Assembly: GCA_040954595.2 (NCBI GenBank)
Contig: CM082594.2
Location: 10,234,296 to 10,298,295, forward strand
Reading direction: 5' to 3'
DNA from: Balanoglossus misakiensis
Lineage: Eukaryota > Animalia > Hemichordata
DNA length: 64,000 nt
Shown here: positions 1 to 19,800 of the stretch, piece after piece
Position numbering within the stretch: the first letter of the stretch is position 1
How the letters are laid out: each line of letters opens with the position of its first letter
The notes under the pieces: generated by a model
Databases searched by the model: none
What the model saw: the letters and a program-made list of their open reading frames with translations, nothing else
What the model was told of the DNA's origin: nothing
Made by a program: the position numbers and the translations under genes

Positions 1-560
1 CTCCACGCACTGCAAAACTTATTGCGATTGGACTTAAAATATCCAAATGAAGAACTTCCTGCTGCATTAACCAATCAAATAGCCGCTTGTAGCACATTTG
101 GTTTTCAGTGGCCAGAGCCATATTTGGCGCACGGATCACTACCGTATATGGAATATGACGTAATTTTCGCAGAAATTTCGGCGTATTCTTTGGAAATAGT
201 ATACATGTACCTAGAACTGTTGAGTATTTCGAATGAATTTTACATTGAATGCGTGTTTTGAAAAAAAGGTCTTTGTCGTACTTCCTGCAACGAAACTGGT
301 CATTGTTACAGTATATCCAGTCTGCTCAAATATAAAAGTACATATATGAACAAAGCTAGCACATGAACCGTTGAACTCTTTGCGCTGTTAGTAAATTTTC
401 TTCTTCTACTATTAAAATTATCATTTATTAAATTCTCATTAAAATAAATTATAGGATATTTTGTCAACAGGATGAACAACAACGCAATGCGTCTAAAATA
501 GTCTGGTTCCCTGCCCTATTCCCACCGCTGGCTGCGCTACGCTAAATGCGCTCTTGGTTC

Positions 561-591
561 GGGTTAAGGGTCACGGGGTCAGTGAAGGTCA
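561..591 (+). promoter_or_regulatory. Cluster of four tandem nuclear-receptor-type half sites at the 5' end of GTF2E2
   Basis: GGGTTA (561-566), GGGTCA (568-573), GGGTCA (576-581) and AGGTCA (586-591), with spacers of 1, 2 and 4 nt. They lie just upstream of a probable non-coding first exon whose donor is ttg|gtaagt at 644/645. Confidence 0.35.
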
Positions 592-1012
592 ACTGTGTTG
601 TGAAGGTGCTTATGTGACACTGTGACGTTTCTCTTTTATTTTTGGTAAGTAACACCTTACGAGCTGCATCGTGAATACCTTTTATGTAACGTGACAGTAT
701 TTTTGTGCGATAAATGTAAGACTTGGTTCCAAATTCGTGTGATACGCGAAGTTACGAACGTATCCAAACCTGATATCCACCTAATCTTTCGCTTTGTCTC
801 ACTCATCGTGTGAGGATATAGAAGTGTAAGCATTAATATATCCAACTATTGCCAGTCAAAGATGGAAATATAATATTTTGTAATGAGTGACAAGAGACAG
901 GCGTTGGGTTGAGAGAGAGAGAGAGAGCAACAGAAATATATAGTACATTGTATCTATATATCTATTGTTTCTTTTTATTATTCCTGTAGGAATACAAGAG
1001 TTGTGTGTCACT

Positions 1013-2922
1013 ATGGATCCAGCATTACTTAGGGAAAGGGAAGCTTTCCGGAAGAAAGCACTGTCTCAGCCAACAGTTGAGAAGAGGAAGGCTAAACCAG
1101 GGGAATCGTCAGTGTCCGCAAAAAAGAAAAAGAGACCTCTACCTCCAAGAGATACAGGTACAGTCATTATTGATAAAGTAGTATTAGATGACTGGCATTT
1201 AGTGGGTGACAATCGTCTTATGTGCCAAACCAGAGATTCTGGTCACAAATATTGTATATAGTGAATATATATTTTGGTTTCTTTTCTTTTCCAGGGTCCG
1301 AATCAAACAAACCTGCTGATCTTAGTTACAAATATTTGAAAGGAAGTTCCAAATATAAGTTTGGTGTTCTTGCAAAGATTGTGAATCACATGAAAGTAAG
1401 TATTGCAACCTGTATTGAGAAGAGTTGTCTACATGAGCCAGTTTTGTTGATTTGGTGTTTTTGTTGTTGTTTATTTGTTCTCCTCCGGTTTGTTCCAGGT
1501 GCGACATCAAAGGGGTGACACATATGCACTGACTATAGAGGAAATCTTGGACGAAACCAATCAGCTTGATGTGATGCAAAAACAGAGACAATGGCTTATG
1601 AATGAGGTAGGTGAACAGTTGTAAATTTCAGTGCGAGTCCCAGCCCTTGATGTAGCATATATCAAGTACTTGGAGGTTTGGAGTTTTGAAAGTGGACCTT
1701 TCATTAGCTGACTCCAAGCACATGCTGTTAGTGCAGTAAAATTCATGGGATAGAGATAATAATACTGAAGAATACAAGCAACAAACTTCTGTGTTTACAG
1801 GCACTGTGCAATAACCCAAAGATCCAAGTTGTGGAGGGACACAAGTATGCATTCAAACCCAAATATGCTCTGAAAGGAAGGAAAGATCTCATGCGATTCC
1901 TGGACCGACAGGATCAACAGGGGCTTGGAGGAATTTTAATGGAAGATGTGCGGGAAAGCATACCCAAGGCAGATAAAGCAGTGGAGGTCAGTACTCTGTC
2001 GTTATCGTACCCTTTCACCCCCAGTTCCATCTTTAGAGGTCCAACTCTGCCATAGAAAACAATGGATTTGGACCAACCCATGGTGGTGAAAGGGTTAAAG
2101 GGAGGTGCTCATTGGAATTGCGCCTTATATGTTTGTATTCAACACATCTTGTATTATGTCCTGTGTTCATGAACAACTGACCAACATTTTACGTGAAATG
2201 ACATTACACAGAACTGTCTTTGCTTATTCATTACAGATGCTGGGGGATCAGATCATAAAAGTCACAAGACCAGTTGACAAGAAGCAAGTGCTGTTTTACA
2301 ATGATAGGGCATGTCAGTTTACAGTGGATGAGGGTGAGTAATGCATTGGTGGCCACACCAAAATCAACATCTGTTTACAGAGGGTAGGTGATGAATTTTA
2401 TGCCATAGAAATTTAGTCTATTTTTCACCTGATATGAAATTTTGTAAAGATATCAAGGTCATGGATGTTGTTCTTCCTTGGTGTTTAAGTGGTCTTCACC
2501 TGTAGCTATTGTTGATTCAGAATTTCAGAAACTCTGGAGGGCTGTTCCAGTGGAGGCCTTGGATGAAGGGAAGATTGAAGAGTATTTGAAGAAACAGGGT
2601 ATTACATCCATGCAAGATATCGGTGGAAGGAGAAATGTAAGTGTCTGTCTACCCCTGCTTGTATAATCGACAGAACCACGTTTTTTTTTAAACTTAAGGA
2701 GTTTCTGATTCTCTTTAACAAATGTCACTGGGAAGATGGATTTGAGAATGTTTATGGCAGTGGCTGCACCAGAGTTTCATATATTTCACTTTCTTTTTTG
2801 CATTATATCAGGTTCAACAGAAGAGGAAAAAGCCATCAAGGAAAGGCAAAAAATTCAAGACTCACAACGACCACTTGACGGATGTACTCAAAGACTATTC
2901 CACAGACAATGTACCAAAATAG
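1013..2922 (+). CDS. GTF2E2: General transcription factor IIE subunit 2 (TFIIE-beta), 7 coding exons, 287 aa
   Basis: Exons 1013-1157, 1295-1395, 1499-1606, 1801-1986, 2237-2333, 2521-2636 and 2812-2922 are all GT-AG with compatible phases and total 864 nt. The peptide [25 protein letters not shown]...[32 protein letters not shown]...ALCNNPKI...FKPKY...[15 protein letters not shown]...VDEEFQKLWR...FKTHNDHL is recognisably metazoan TFIIE-beta. Confidence 0.96.
2009..2098. mobile_element. Short MITE with CCC...GGG termini and 3' TTAA (piggyBac-like), in a GTF2E2 intron
   Basis: Terminal inverted repeats accctttcacc / ggtgaaagggt, followed by TTAA. A second 5' fragment of the same sequence (ttaagcccttcacccccagttcc...tagaggtcca) sits at ~39572-39619. 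Confidence 0.55.
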
Positions 2923-3745
2923 AGATGGATAGATACTCGTTCCATCACCATAACAGTCTATAGTCGAAGTCGTTCACACGTTCTGTATGTACCCTGTACG
3001 AATTGTAAACGTAATCGGTTGTCCGACAAGTTATGTAATGATAAGGATTTTGTTACCTGTAACTTTTTTGCCTCATATTGATGTGACACAAAGCACACTT
3101 GTTTTAATTATTCATAAGGCGTCGCTGGATTTGTTATGTTTTGTTTATCCACACTTTTCGGCTCTACCTGTAGGAGGGAACCCCAATTTTGTTGCCCCTC
3201 TGAGAGAGAGTGGGGAAAGTCGGAGGGAGAGAGAACTATAGAAAGGGGAGATAGACAGACAGATAGAGACAGAGAGACTCCCGGGAGAGACTTCACAAAT
3301 ATAAACAGATCTCAGTCTTCTTGTGAGGTGACATTTCATACACACGCGCTTTCGTTCACACCCGAAGGATGATGAGTTTCGAACCACCACGTACCATCCT
3401 CGCCCTACTTTGAGACGATGACACGTTCTTGAAGAAGTTTGCCCACGCATTTATAAGCGAAACCAAGGCGAATTCAACCGTATGTTTTAGCCTTACGCCA
3501 CAATACCCGCACATTGAGTCACTCTATTGATAGCGTCCGAGTTTTTCTGTCCAGCTTATGGTGTGATTTACATGACAATGCAAAGACGCAAGGTGAACAG
3601 GGCGTGGACGCGCTGCCATGGGACACCAATATTGCTCGTTCCCAGCACATCACAAAACGTTTCCCAGTCACTGCTGTTCGAGTCGGATATCACTGTTCTT
3701 CATCCTTGATGTTTAAAAGAGAAATTCACAGGAGGGCTGCTGAAC

Positions 3746-10033
<6,288 letters not shown>

Positions 10034-10254
10034 AGGCCATATCAAAAGAGAGTTTATTTTATAATTGTACAAATTTGTATAATAATACACAGAGTTATAT
10101 ACAATTTTACATGTCTTGATATATTTTATAAAGTTTATATTACTGTAATACAAAATGTACTGTCACTAAGTGAGCAGAGTTTCTCATTATAAAATTTCTC
10201 GGTGTATTAAACAACTCTGAAATATAGGGGGCGGAGAATTTTAATGCATTATTG

Positions 10255-10260
10255 AATAAA
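10255..10260 (+). terminator. Candidate polyadenylation signal of gene A
   Basis: AATAAA about 220 nt after the TGA at 10031-10033, within AT-rich 3' sequence. Confidence 0.5.
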
Positions 10261-10853
10261 GTATGCCGGTACAATGTATTTGGTTGTACACATGTACTTA
10301 AAAGACCAATACAAATTGCAAAGGGGAAATCAGGAAATCGTTGAAGACACAGCACATGGATCCACGCCCATCAAGCTAAGAATTAAGCTTAAGTACCAGA
10401 AGAACGGATTTGTTGAATTTGTTTAACCATAGTTCAGAGACAGAAAAACCAAGCCCAAATCATATCATTACGCATGATACTGCAAAGCCCTGGGATCGGG
10501 GATACGTGTCTGTCTGAATGTCACCCAACCCCGCTACGCCTACATTCTCCGCCAAAACTGCGCGCCCCTCCCTCCCTCCCCAGCCCGCCTTCCAGGGGTC
10601 GCGACCAGCGTGATACTCGTATGTTAATGATTTTTCGCCCACCGATTCTCAGTACTTTTTTGTACGGCGATGAAAGGCTTATTCACGTTTGATTATTTTA
10701 CATAACAATAGCAAAAACAAAGGGAGACTTGGGTGGGGTCCCCTAAATTTTAACAAGACAAGCCGCTCTCAACTGGCTCCTCACGATCAAATAGCCTCCA
10801 TGAAGTACAGGTGATTCCTGCTCGGGTTAATACCCACAAGAACACACAAAAAA

Positions 10854-13800
10854 ATGGGATCATTTACCACCAGACTAGCCGGATATATTTTACTCGTATT
10901 AAGCCTCGTGGCCAATATACCAGGTAAGCCAATCATTCAAGTTTGAACATAGTGTAAAACTCGTCCATTGTATTTTTCGTGTGAATGGTCGCACTGGTCT
11001 TTTGACTTTCAACGCGTCGCCAGAGCAATTTCCGGGAGCTTGAAGTTCAACGATCCAATTTTTTGGCTTTTTGTCCGTTTTATACACCAACCACTAGCTA
11101 CCATCATTCCCCTTGTAATGTCATAAACGATGTATCACATTTTCCAAATACATTCACTCGTGGCTTGGTTGCCTGGGCAAAGCCTCCCACTATGGGGAAT
11201 TCGCTTTACATACTAGAATTTTGGTTGAATTTAGGTAAGGGCCGTGGTTTCACTTTATACGGGCTAAGTGTGAATTGGAAACAGTTCACACCACTTTTTC
11301 CCAAAAACTTTCACTGCTATCTACCATGTGTACAGCTCTTTCCGTCAGACTGACGCGTCCCCCCTCCCCGTTTCCCAGCAGAACCAAACACGCTTTTCAA
11401 TTAACAGGGCGTAGTGCGCGTTAGGGCGCTACATGGATTCCGATCATTAAGACATCGCTGGTAGTATCTTCGCATCACCAATATCACGTGTAAATCGACA
11501 TGAAATAAGTAGGGTCAGCGACTGACATTTCGTATAAGTCGATACACGTATATCCCAAACCCGCGTTTACGAGGTTTTCGACATGTCTATCGTAAATTTC
11601 CGACGCTTTCGAAGGCCGAAGGACTGTTACATAATTTCTTGTGTACGTGTATTTACAGTGATACGCTCTTGGCATCGCTGTGGAAGTCTCTAAACACTTT
11701 AATAACAGTCCCGCGGAGTTTTTCTTACTCAGACGGTGTCATGTCAGTACTATAAGCAGTCCAGCTTTCCCTGGACAAATTCGAGGATGCCACAAAATGA
11801 ACGACCACATTTCTCCCGGAATTCGGAGAGAAAATACGACACACATTTCCAGGTCGTCAGTAGCAAGCGCCTCAGTCTGTACCAACACCCAGTCTCGACA
11901 TTGGGTCGTTGACCGCAGGCTTTCAAGTCCTTCCCTCTTGCTTTATTTATCTTTCTTTACCTCAGCTGCTGGATGTGAGGTCTGTGTAGCCTAACACCTA
12001 ATGAAACCACTGCCTCTATTCCCGTACATGTTTCATTAGTATAGCCAGGTAAATCGCATGTACAAGGCTATTGAATTATGGATGATCCGGGACAGATTTA
12101 GTGTTTTGTGATTGCAGAGAAGGGGGGGGGGGGGGATCTCTTCAAGTGCCCGTATTTTTTACTGGTATGGAATTGTCCGCGTCGAGTTGGTGTGCTGGTC
12201 AAATAAATGCATACTTGTGATATCTGTCAAATAAATTGTATTTAACATTTAAAGAAGGGTTAAAACACATAATAGTGGAAGCAAAGAGTAAAACACGGGA
12301 CAAAAAAATTAACACGCAAATAAAATCGAAACTGTATTTAGCGATGAGTAGGCTTGGGCACCACATGGCGTGACGTAGTTTGCTTTGAAAATCATCAACG
12401 AGAATGAAGTATCTAATTATACTTTTTAGAAGGTGTTAACAGTTTTGCTGTAAAATAACTCTTCGATTACTAAGTCTCGCGTCCCAGGATGATACACTGC
12501 TAATGGGGTGTCAAATTGTTCATGAGCTTTTTTTTCACGTGGTTTTTACACTTTCCAAAAAGCAAATGTCACATTGATATCCCTGAAGTACGGAAAAGCG
12601 CAGTGTTAATCGACTCGCCATGGTCCATGTATGTACCCTCGACTTTGTTATATTGTTTAATAATTTTGTTCAAGTCCGGACTTGAATGTATTTGTCAACA
12701 ATAACAATGATCGGTACACACCCACATGACTTGCAAACTTGGTATGTTGGGATGGTATGCGGAGAACAACAAGAACAAGTTTATACACAGAAAATACAGA
12801 AAAAATAGCCAGAAGTTGTATATAATGGACCTTTAAATATGTACCAGGTTACCAAACACCACCGTGACCACTTGAACTTTAGCCAATTGTCACACGTGTA
12901 CACTAAGTGTGCATAATCGCATCCTCTAGTGCATGTGAAAGTAACAAGGTAAAAACAGATAAATTTTCACAGAAATTTGTAGTTACATGTATAATTAAAC
13001 GATAGCTTGTGAGATTGGTTGCAAAAGATTAAAAACCCTCCAAACAATTCGAAACGGAGAACTTGGTTAATCAAATTAAAACTGGCCATTCAACAGGTCT
13101 TACAATTGTTCCTATTGTTGAGCTGTTGTATTGTGTGGCTTGCGTAATGGTGTTTGTAATACTTACTGAGCGCATCTACAACACAGTTCGAGATCCTGCC
13201 TCGAAGCGCTAGAAATGTCTGACGGAGATAAATCTCTCCATTTGCAGTGTATTGCACAACCCGCCAGCCTGTAGAGCCTTCAACCGCTCCGCTCTCAAGA
13301 ATAGTGCGAACGATTATGACACAGAACGATAGTTTCTCGCGCGTGCGCCAAAAAACCCCCCAATCTTCCCGTCCCAGAGGATCGCCTCAGCGATTTCAAT
13401 GAATAACTTCTATACATATCTCGGTATGAGAGTTTGTTCGGATGCCGGACTGCTTTTATTGACAGCTTCGTGGATGTCCATCTAGAACTAGTTGCAATTC
13501 GTTGCCATAGTTCACTAAATAATGCCACCCCCCCCCCCCCCCCAACACGCCAAAAGGAACAATCGCCACCGGAATTCGCGGAATTGATCAAGGTCACCTT
13601 GAGAAAAAAACACAAAGAGATTTGCAATTGAAATTGCGGTAGTGATTCACTTGGAGAGAACATGGTGATTTATGCCTGTAGGACCATCATGCATCTCGAG
13701 ATGTCAATGTCATTATCATCATACACCCAATGCGAATCTCGCGAACGCGCAAGGTTTCATGGGAAAGCGGAAGTGAGGAAAATGACCAGACGACGCAAAC

Positions 13801-16800
13801 ACGTGCAAATCGTCAAAATACGAAGGGGCATATGGTTTTTAAATAAAACGACACCAAGCACCCGTTGATACTCTAACTGGTGAGTACCACCATGTATGTT
13901 TTAGACTGAAATATTGTATATCGGAAGGATATCGTAGTTTTACGTGTAACGGCGAGCGATCGGGTCCGCAATGTTTACACTGGCCCGATCCCCTTGTTTC
14001 GTGTTTACGGGAATATTTCGGTGAAATATACTTCAAAACATTTTTTCTGTAGCGTCTATGTTCCTCTGGTACAGACAGATTTAAATATAATCAGAAAAAT
14101 TACGACGTCCACGAAAATGTGAAGCCGACGTCGCACAGCGAGACTACGGGCTGCACGTACGCGGACGGCCGGGCGCTGCTCTCTTGGCAGCCGAGGACCT
14201 GTACGTTCGCGTCGCGTTGTCTCATAGCGTCGCCACGGTACGTGAAAATACCCATGTTGCATCACGATTCGTACATACGCTTGTTAGTACCGCCCCCCCC
14301 CCCCCCCCCACACACACACACCCACTGTACTGCAGTGCTTTCTGAAGTTGAAATAAAAAGATTGTTTTATCTTGTACCCACTGACGGTCAATAAATTACA
14401 ATTGCACAATGCACACACAATCTCTTTAATTAGTGCCAGGGCCGGAATGTCACTTCTTTAAAGTTTCAAACCATCTTATGGGAATATTACAGTCTGGCTG
14501 ACAGACAGTCAGACAGATAGACATGTGTTTGACTCATCGGAGGACTTGACACTCACACACAAAGAAGAAAATCCGTCTAAACGCCCAAACTTTATTTCGA
14601 GCTTAAAGTCGCAATGAGTTCATAGATCGCCGTTATACAACACACAATATACAGATGCACCCTTTGTAGCCTAAGTACCATCATGAATGCACTGCATGCA
14701 TCAACAAGAATTAATTAGACCAAGAATAGTCCGACCTTTTGACTCCCAGTGGACATAGTTTCGCCACATTGTGAAGATCGAACGTCCGGAGCTCGGCTGA
14801 TTTGGCTAGTGAGCTCACATATCACTCAGAACAGTCGCGCTAAAACTCAGAATTAGTTCATCTGTTATTTCGGCGATTATCCCATCTTCACGTTGGTGGC
14901 TTCGGCCGGGGTAGAATTTCCGTGTCGTATAGTAGCAACTCTTACCCTTTCGATCGCATTTTATTGTCACCACAGATCTTCACGTATATGCGTCATGACC
15001 CCTTTGTATACACCCTTTCCTATCAAAGGAAAATCGATGTCTACATACCACAACACAGGTTTGCACGTATGAAAGGGTCGCGTAACAGTTGCAAAGAGTC
15101 GCTTGATTTGCCCCCGGCATCACAAAACGTCACTTAGCAAAAAAAAAGACTCGACGACATAAAGCGTTGAAAACTGTCTTATATGATGTTTTTAAGCTCT
15201 GAACGACTGAATTCATAAAGTATACATGTAACATACTTTCTACGGTATGTTGCTGCTGCAAATATAAGGCACGCCCACTTTCTATTTTTGTCAGGTATGC
15301 ATGGACATTTTTCACTGTACACATGTTAATGAGCAAACAATTAAAACAATACTGCATGTCTGTATAATAGCCTAGCATGATATAAATCTATTTTAAGTAT
15401 AAATATTCTTGACATGTCATATTTTGGGGGTCTTCTTGATATCGAACAAATGACAGTGATTAAAAACGAAAGCAACATGCTTTCCAGATGTTAGTCTCTT
15501 GCAAGTCTGACTTTCCTCGTCATTAAGCCCAAAACATCTGTATATCATTATAATTTCTTTAATGAAGAGCAAGTTTTTTTAATGATCGTTAAGATACCTA
15601 CCTACCTACCTACCTATATACATACCATTCTATATACCAATACCATTCTATCGCATCTACAGAACGAGGAGGAAATTCAGGGCTTGGTCCAAACACCCAC
15701 GTCCTGTCGTGGCGAAGTTCTTTGGCGCTGGCCGTCGATGTCACAACGCCGGACACTGGTACTACAGAGGAAGTGTTGAGACGAGAAGAGAGGGATCTTT
15801 CAGGGACGGAAGAGACGCCAACCTGTTATCTACCCTGTTATAACGGCACCTGCCAGTTGAATGGGACGGAGTCTTACTGTGTATGCGACTCTGGTTTTGC
15901 AGCTGACATTAACGAAACAGAGTGCATAGGTAGGTGTTTTTTATTATACATGTACAAGTTGTGCTCGATACCTTGAGGTAGAAGGATTGAAAACCTTCGT
16001 TGTAAGCTGATTTTGACAGGCACGTTCGTTCTAGTAAGCGGTATGTATGGCCATAGAAAACAATCGTACCAATTCGGCCGGGGACTATGGCTGGTTGTTC
16101 GTTAGAGCGTCGTATCGAGGTTCGGCTGATAATGATGATGATGATGATGGTGACTGGTTGTGCTACTAGTATACCACAGGCATTGGCGCAGTCATCAATC
16201 AAGCTACAGACCCCGGATGGAGATTGTTCTGATCATTCGTGCACAATAAGGGTCTTTACTCAGTATTGTTCGTGCCATGGAATCCAGTGGCACATTTCAG
16301 CCATTGTTCTGTGGCTCCACGATGTTTAAACTGAAACTGTCGAGGGTCCAGTTCAGCCTGCTGGAGTCATTGTTCCGCATTCACACCTAAATGAATCACG
16401 TGATATGCTTGAATATTGCGACCACACCTAAACCGATCTTGTTTTGAATGAACAAAACAGCGGAACCTGTCTATTTAATGATTAAAGACACCCTTGGGAA
16501 CAGGAAAAAAAATGTACTTATTGATGAGGTGCCTTTATTAGACACGTTATTTTCTATGCAAATCACAACATTTTTCTGTAAAATCTACGCTTAATAGCAA
16601 GATGTCCTGATAGAGATGCATGAGCACTACTGTAAGACACAGTTCACATTTGGAGTGACGGACAATTGTTCCCACGGAGACGTCAGAAACACGTTAGCTG
16701 CATAACATGAAGCAGACCTACCGCACCAATTCTCAGTGGCAAGCAGGTCCGCGCGTAAAACAATCAGGCTGAATCAACAGATCCCTCCAGGATGTTTCAG

Positions 16801-19800
16801 TAACCGAGATCACGCCTCGAGCGTCTCTCTCGCGTGATCAGAGTACATCAACATTAACGTCACACACAGACAGAGATAGAACCAGACAGTAAAACAAACA
16901 AACACACAAGCACACATAGAGACAGACAGACAGATAGCCAAACAAAAACAAACAAACAAATAAACACAAACATACACATACAAACGCAAAGACAAACGAA
17001 AGATAGCCCTCAGGGACAATGCTGTTCACCACCAGTTTTCCAATTCAAGACATAACAAGTAGAAGTTAATGAACAGGAATGCCAAATATCTCTTAATGCA
17101 CTATCTGCAGCCGAAATATTTATCAAATTTGGTACAGGAAATAGTACAATTGACTGCCAAGTACGTAGAAACCTCATCCGCTTCTCACTGTCCCTTTTCA
17201 GTTGTGGTGACCACAGCGGCGCCCCCACCGACAACTCAGCAAACAACTCTTGTACCCACCGAAGCCACAATTTGCGAGCTGGAATGTCTGAATGGAAATT
17301 GCGTTCTGGATGGCAGGGAATCATCTTGTGAATGCGATGATGGATACGAAGAATCTAGGGGTACATCGACTTGTATAGGTATGTTCTCTGCGAATAGGTG
17401 TGTATGTATGTATTTCACATGAAAGGATTTCGTCCCATTTAAGGTTCGAATAGGGGTATAGGGGTAAAGACTCCTTAGATAGGTTGTAATCCATATATAC
17501 ACATGTATATATACTAGTATGCACACATATACATGTATGTATAACAAACATTAAGGTAAAACCCATGTTATCCTTCGCAGATGTTAACGAGTGCCTCATA
17601 ACTGATATATGCGATCAGTATTGCTCGAACATTCCAGGCAGCTACGAGTGTTACTGTGATGCCGGGTATACACTAAATACAACAGATTTATCAACATGTA
17701 TGGGTAAGTTCTTTCTGTAGAATCTCATCATCCAATGCAACAGTCGTGTCTACTTTGTCTTGAAAATAATCTTGTCTTATAACCAGAGAAGTTGTCATAT
17801 CATGCATGTAACTGATCAGTCATTGGCAACAGTTAGCCATTGAAGATTATCACGATGAAATTACATGTACTGATTTTTTGCTTTCCTTGTCTTGCCTCTC
17901 CCCCTTTCCACCAGAAATCGACGAGTGTGACAGTAACCCCTGTGTCTTCGGCACATGTACAGACATCGTCAACGGCTACCGATGCACCTGCGATGCTGGT
18001 TACCAAGGAATCAGATGTGACACAGGTATTCACTCTTTTTCGTGCGGAGATTGCTTCAAATGCACCAAATTCCCCCGTCATCATGCAATCTGCAACGCTT
18101 GCTGGCATTGCTATGCTAGTCACCCTTCACAGGATTGTTTTCGTATACATACAATGGGTCCATTTGATGACCAAAGCCTGCAGTCAAGAACCATCCACGG
18201 TCACAGAAAATTGATGCATGTTTTCTTTTCTACTTATTTTAACGCGATCTCGTGAACCCGTTGCAGAAATCAACGAGTGCGCCAGTAATCCGTGCGACTT
18301 TGGCACGTGCAACGACTACGTGAATGCTTACAACTGCACCTGTTTGGATGGTTACACTGGCGTGAATTGCGACGAAGGTGAGTGATGTGTCGCGGAGCAT
18401 AGTGGGTAAAGGAAGAAGTGAAGCATGACGGGCAAAAAACATGGCGGCGCATGATAAGTAAACGGATGGGATGTTTCATTATTTGGCACTTTTCCTTCGG
18501 TGTACCGTTTTATCACAACAACTCCAATGCAAGTTGTTGTGATGCTGAACAAGGAGAAAGGCTCCCAAATTAAAAATTTAGTCAAATAGAAATAAGAAAT
18601 TTATTGTCAGACAGACTGACAGACAGACTGATGGATTGATTAATCGATTGACTCTCCGGTTTCAGAAATTGACGAGTGCAGCGACAGTCCTTGTTTGTAT
18701 GGAGACTGTGTCGACCTCGTTAATAACTTCAGGTGCGACTGTGCAAGCGGATGGACGGGAACACTCTGCGACGAAGGTAATATTTCGGATCTTCTAACCG
18801 TTAGAGCAGGGTGGATAAAGCCTCTGTTGCTATTTATTTTTGCCTTCAAGTAGCATCATTAGTGTATAACACAATCAGGAGAATGACTATATGTTTCAAA
18901 TTCTAAGTGGTTGGCTCTTCGCCTTAATGTATGAGCAAATAAATACTGACTGACAACGAATTTGATTGTTCTAACTGCGTGTCTCCTCACAGATATCGAC
19001 GAATGTCAAAGCTCCTCTCTCAATAACTGCGAGCAGATTTGCGTGAACTTGAACACCACGGTCGACGAACGGGGGTACACGTGTGACTGCAACGCCGGAT
19101 ATGAGTTGAATTCTGACGAAACAACCTGCGCAGGTAAGCCTACAACCAGAACCACTTAATCGGAAACTGCTCTTTTTAGAGATATCCTTTTCTCTACCAT
19201 TAAACCACACGCCCCATCTTCTCTTTGCAGACATCGATGAATGCATCGGCGACCCATGTTTAAACGGTGGTACCTGCGAGAATCTAGTCAACGCGTTCCA
19301 GTGTACATGCGATGACGGATGGGAAGGAAGCACTTGCAGCCAAGGTGAGTAACTCAAGGGAGAAGTGATACAACATTTCCGCTTCTATGCCATTCGGTTT
19401 TGGAATACATATGTTTACAAACAACTTAACCTGACTGCAGCACAATTCGACATACACATGTGTTCTTTAAATGCATTGCATACAGAGAAAGTTTATTGAT
19501 TTTTTACACAGATATTGATGAATGTACATTGGGAACGAACGAATGCGATGTAAATGCTGTATGTGAAAACACTGAAGGAAGTTACAACTGCACATGTAAT
19601 GAAGGGTACAGAGGAGATGGCTTCGTGTGCTTAGGTAGGACTTTCTGTTTCATCACTCTAGTAACTTTGATTCGATAACTTTGTCTCTTTGCATTCTATT
19701 ACGGTGCAGTCATTGCCAGTCTGACCAAGATATTCTTTCTGTCTATATTCAGAAATAATCATGTTTGACTTTGGACCAGAGTACGGTGATGTTGACTTGC

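Noticed and set aside
11966-12048. Possible extra exon of gene B (ctcag| ... ccag|gtaaat)
   Set aside because: Stop codons occur in the frames needed to join the flanking phase-1 exons; it could only be non-coding and there is no other support.
12122-14309. Homopolymer G/C tracts at 12122, 13528 and 14294 (also 51485) as functional G-quadruplexes
   Set aside because: Simple mononucleotide runs in introns with no other evidence of function.
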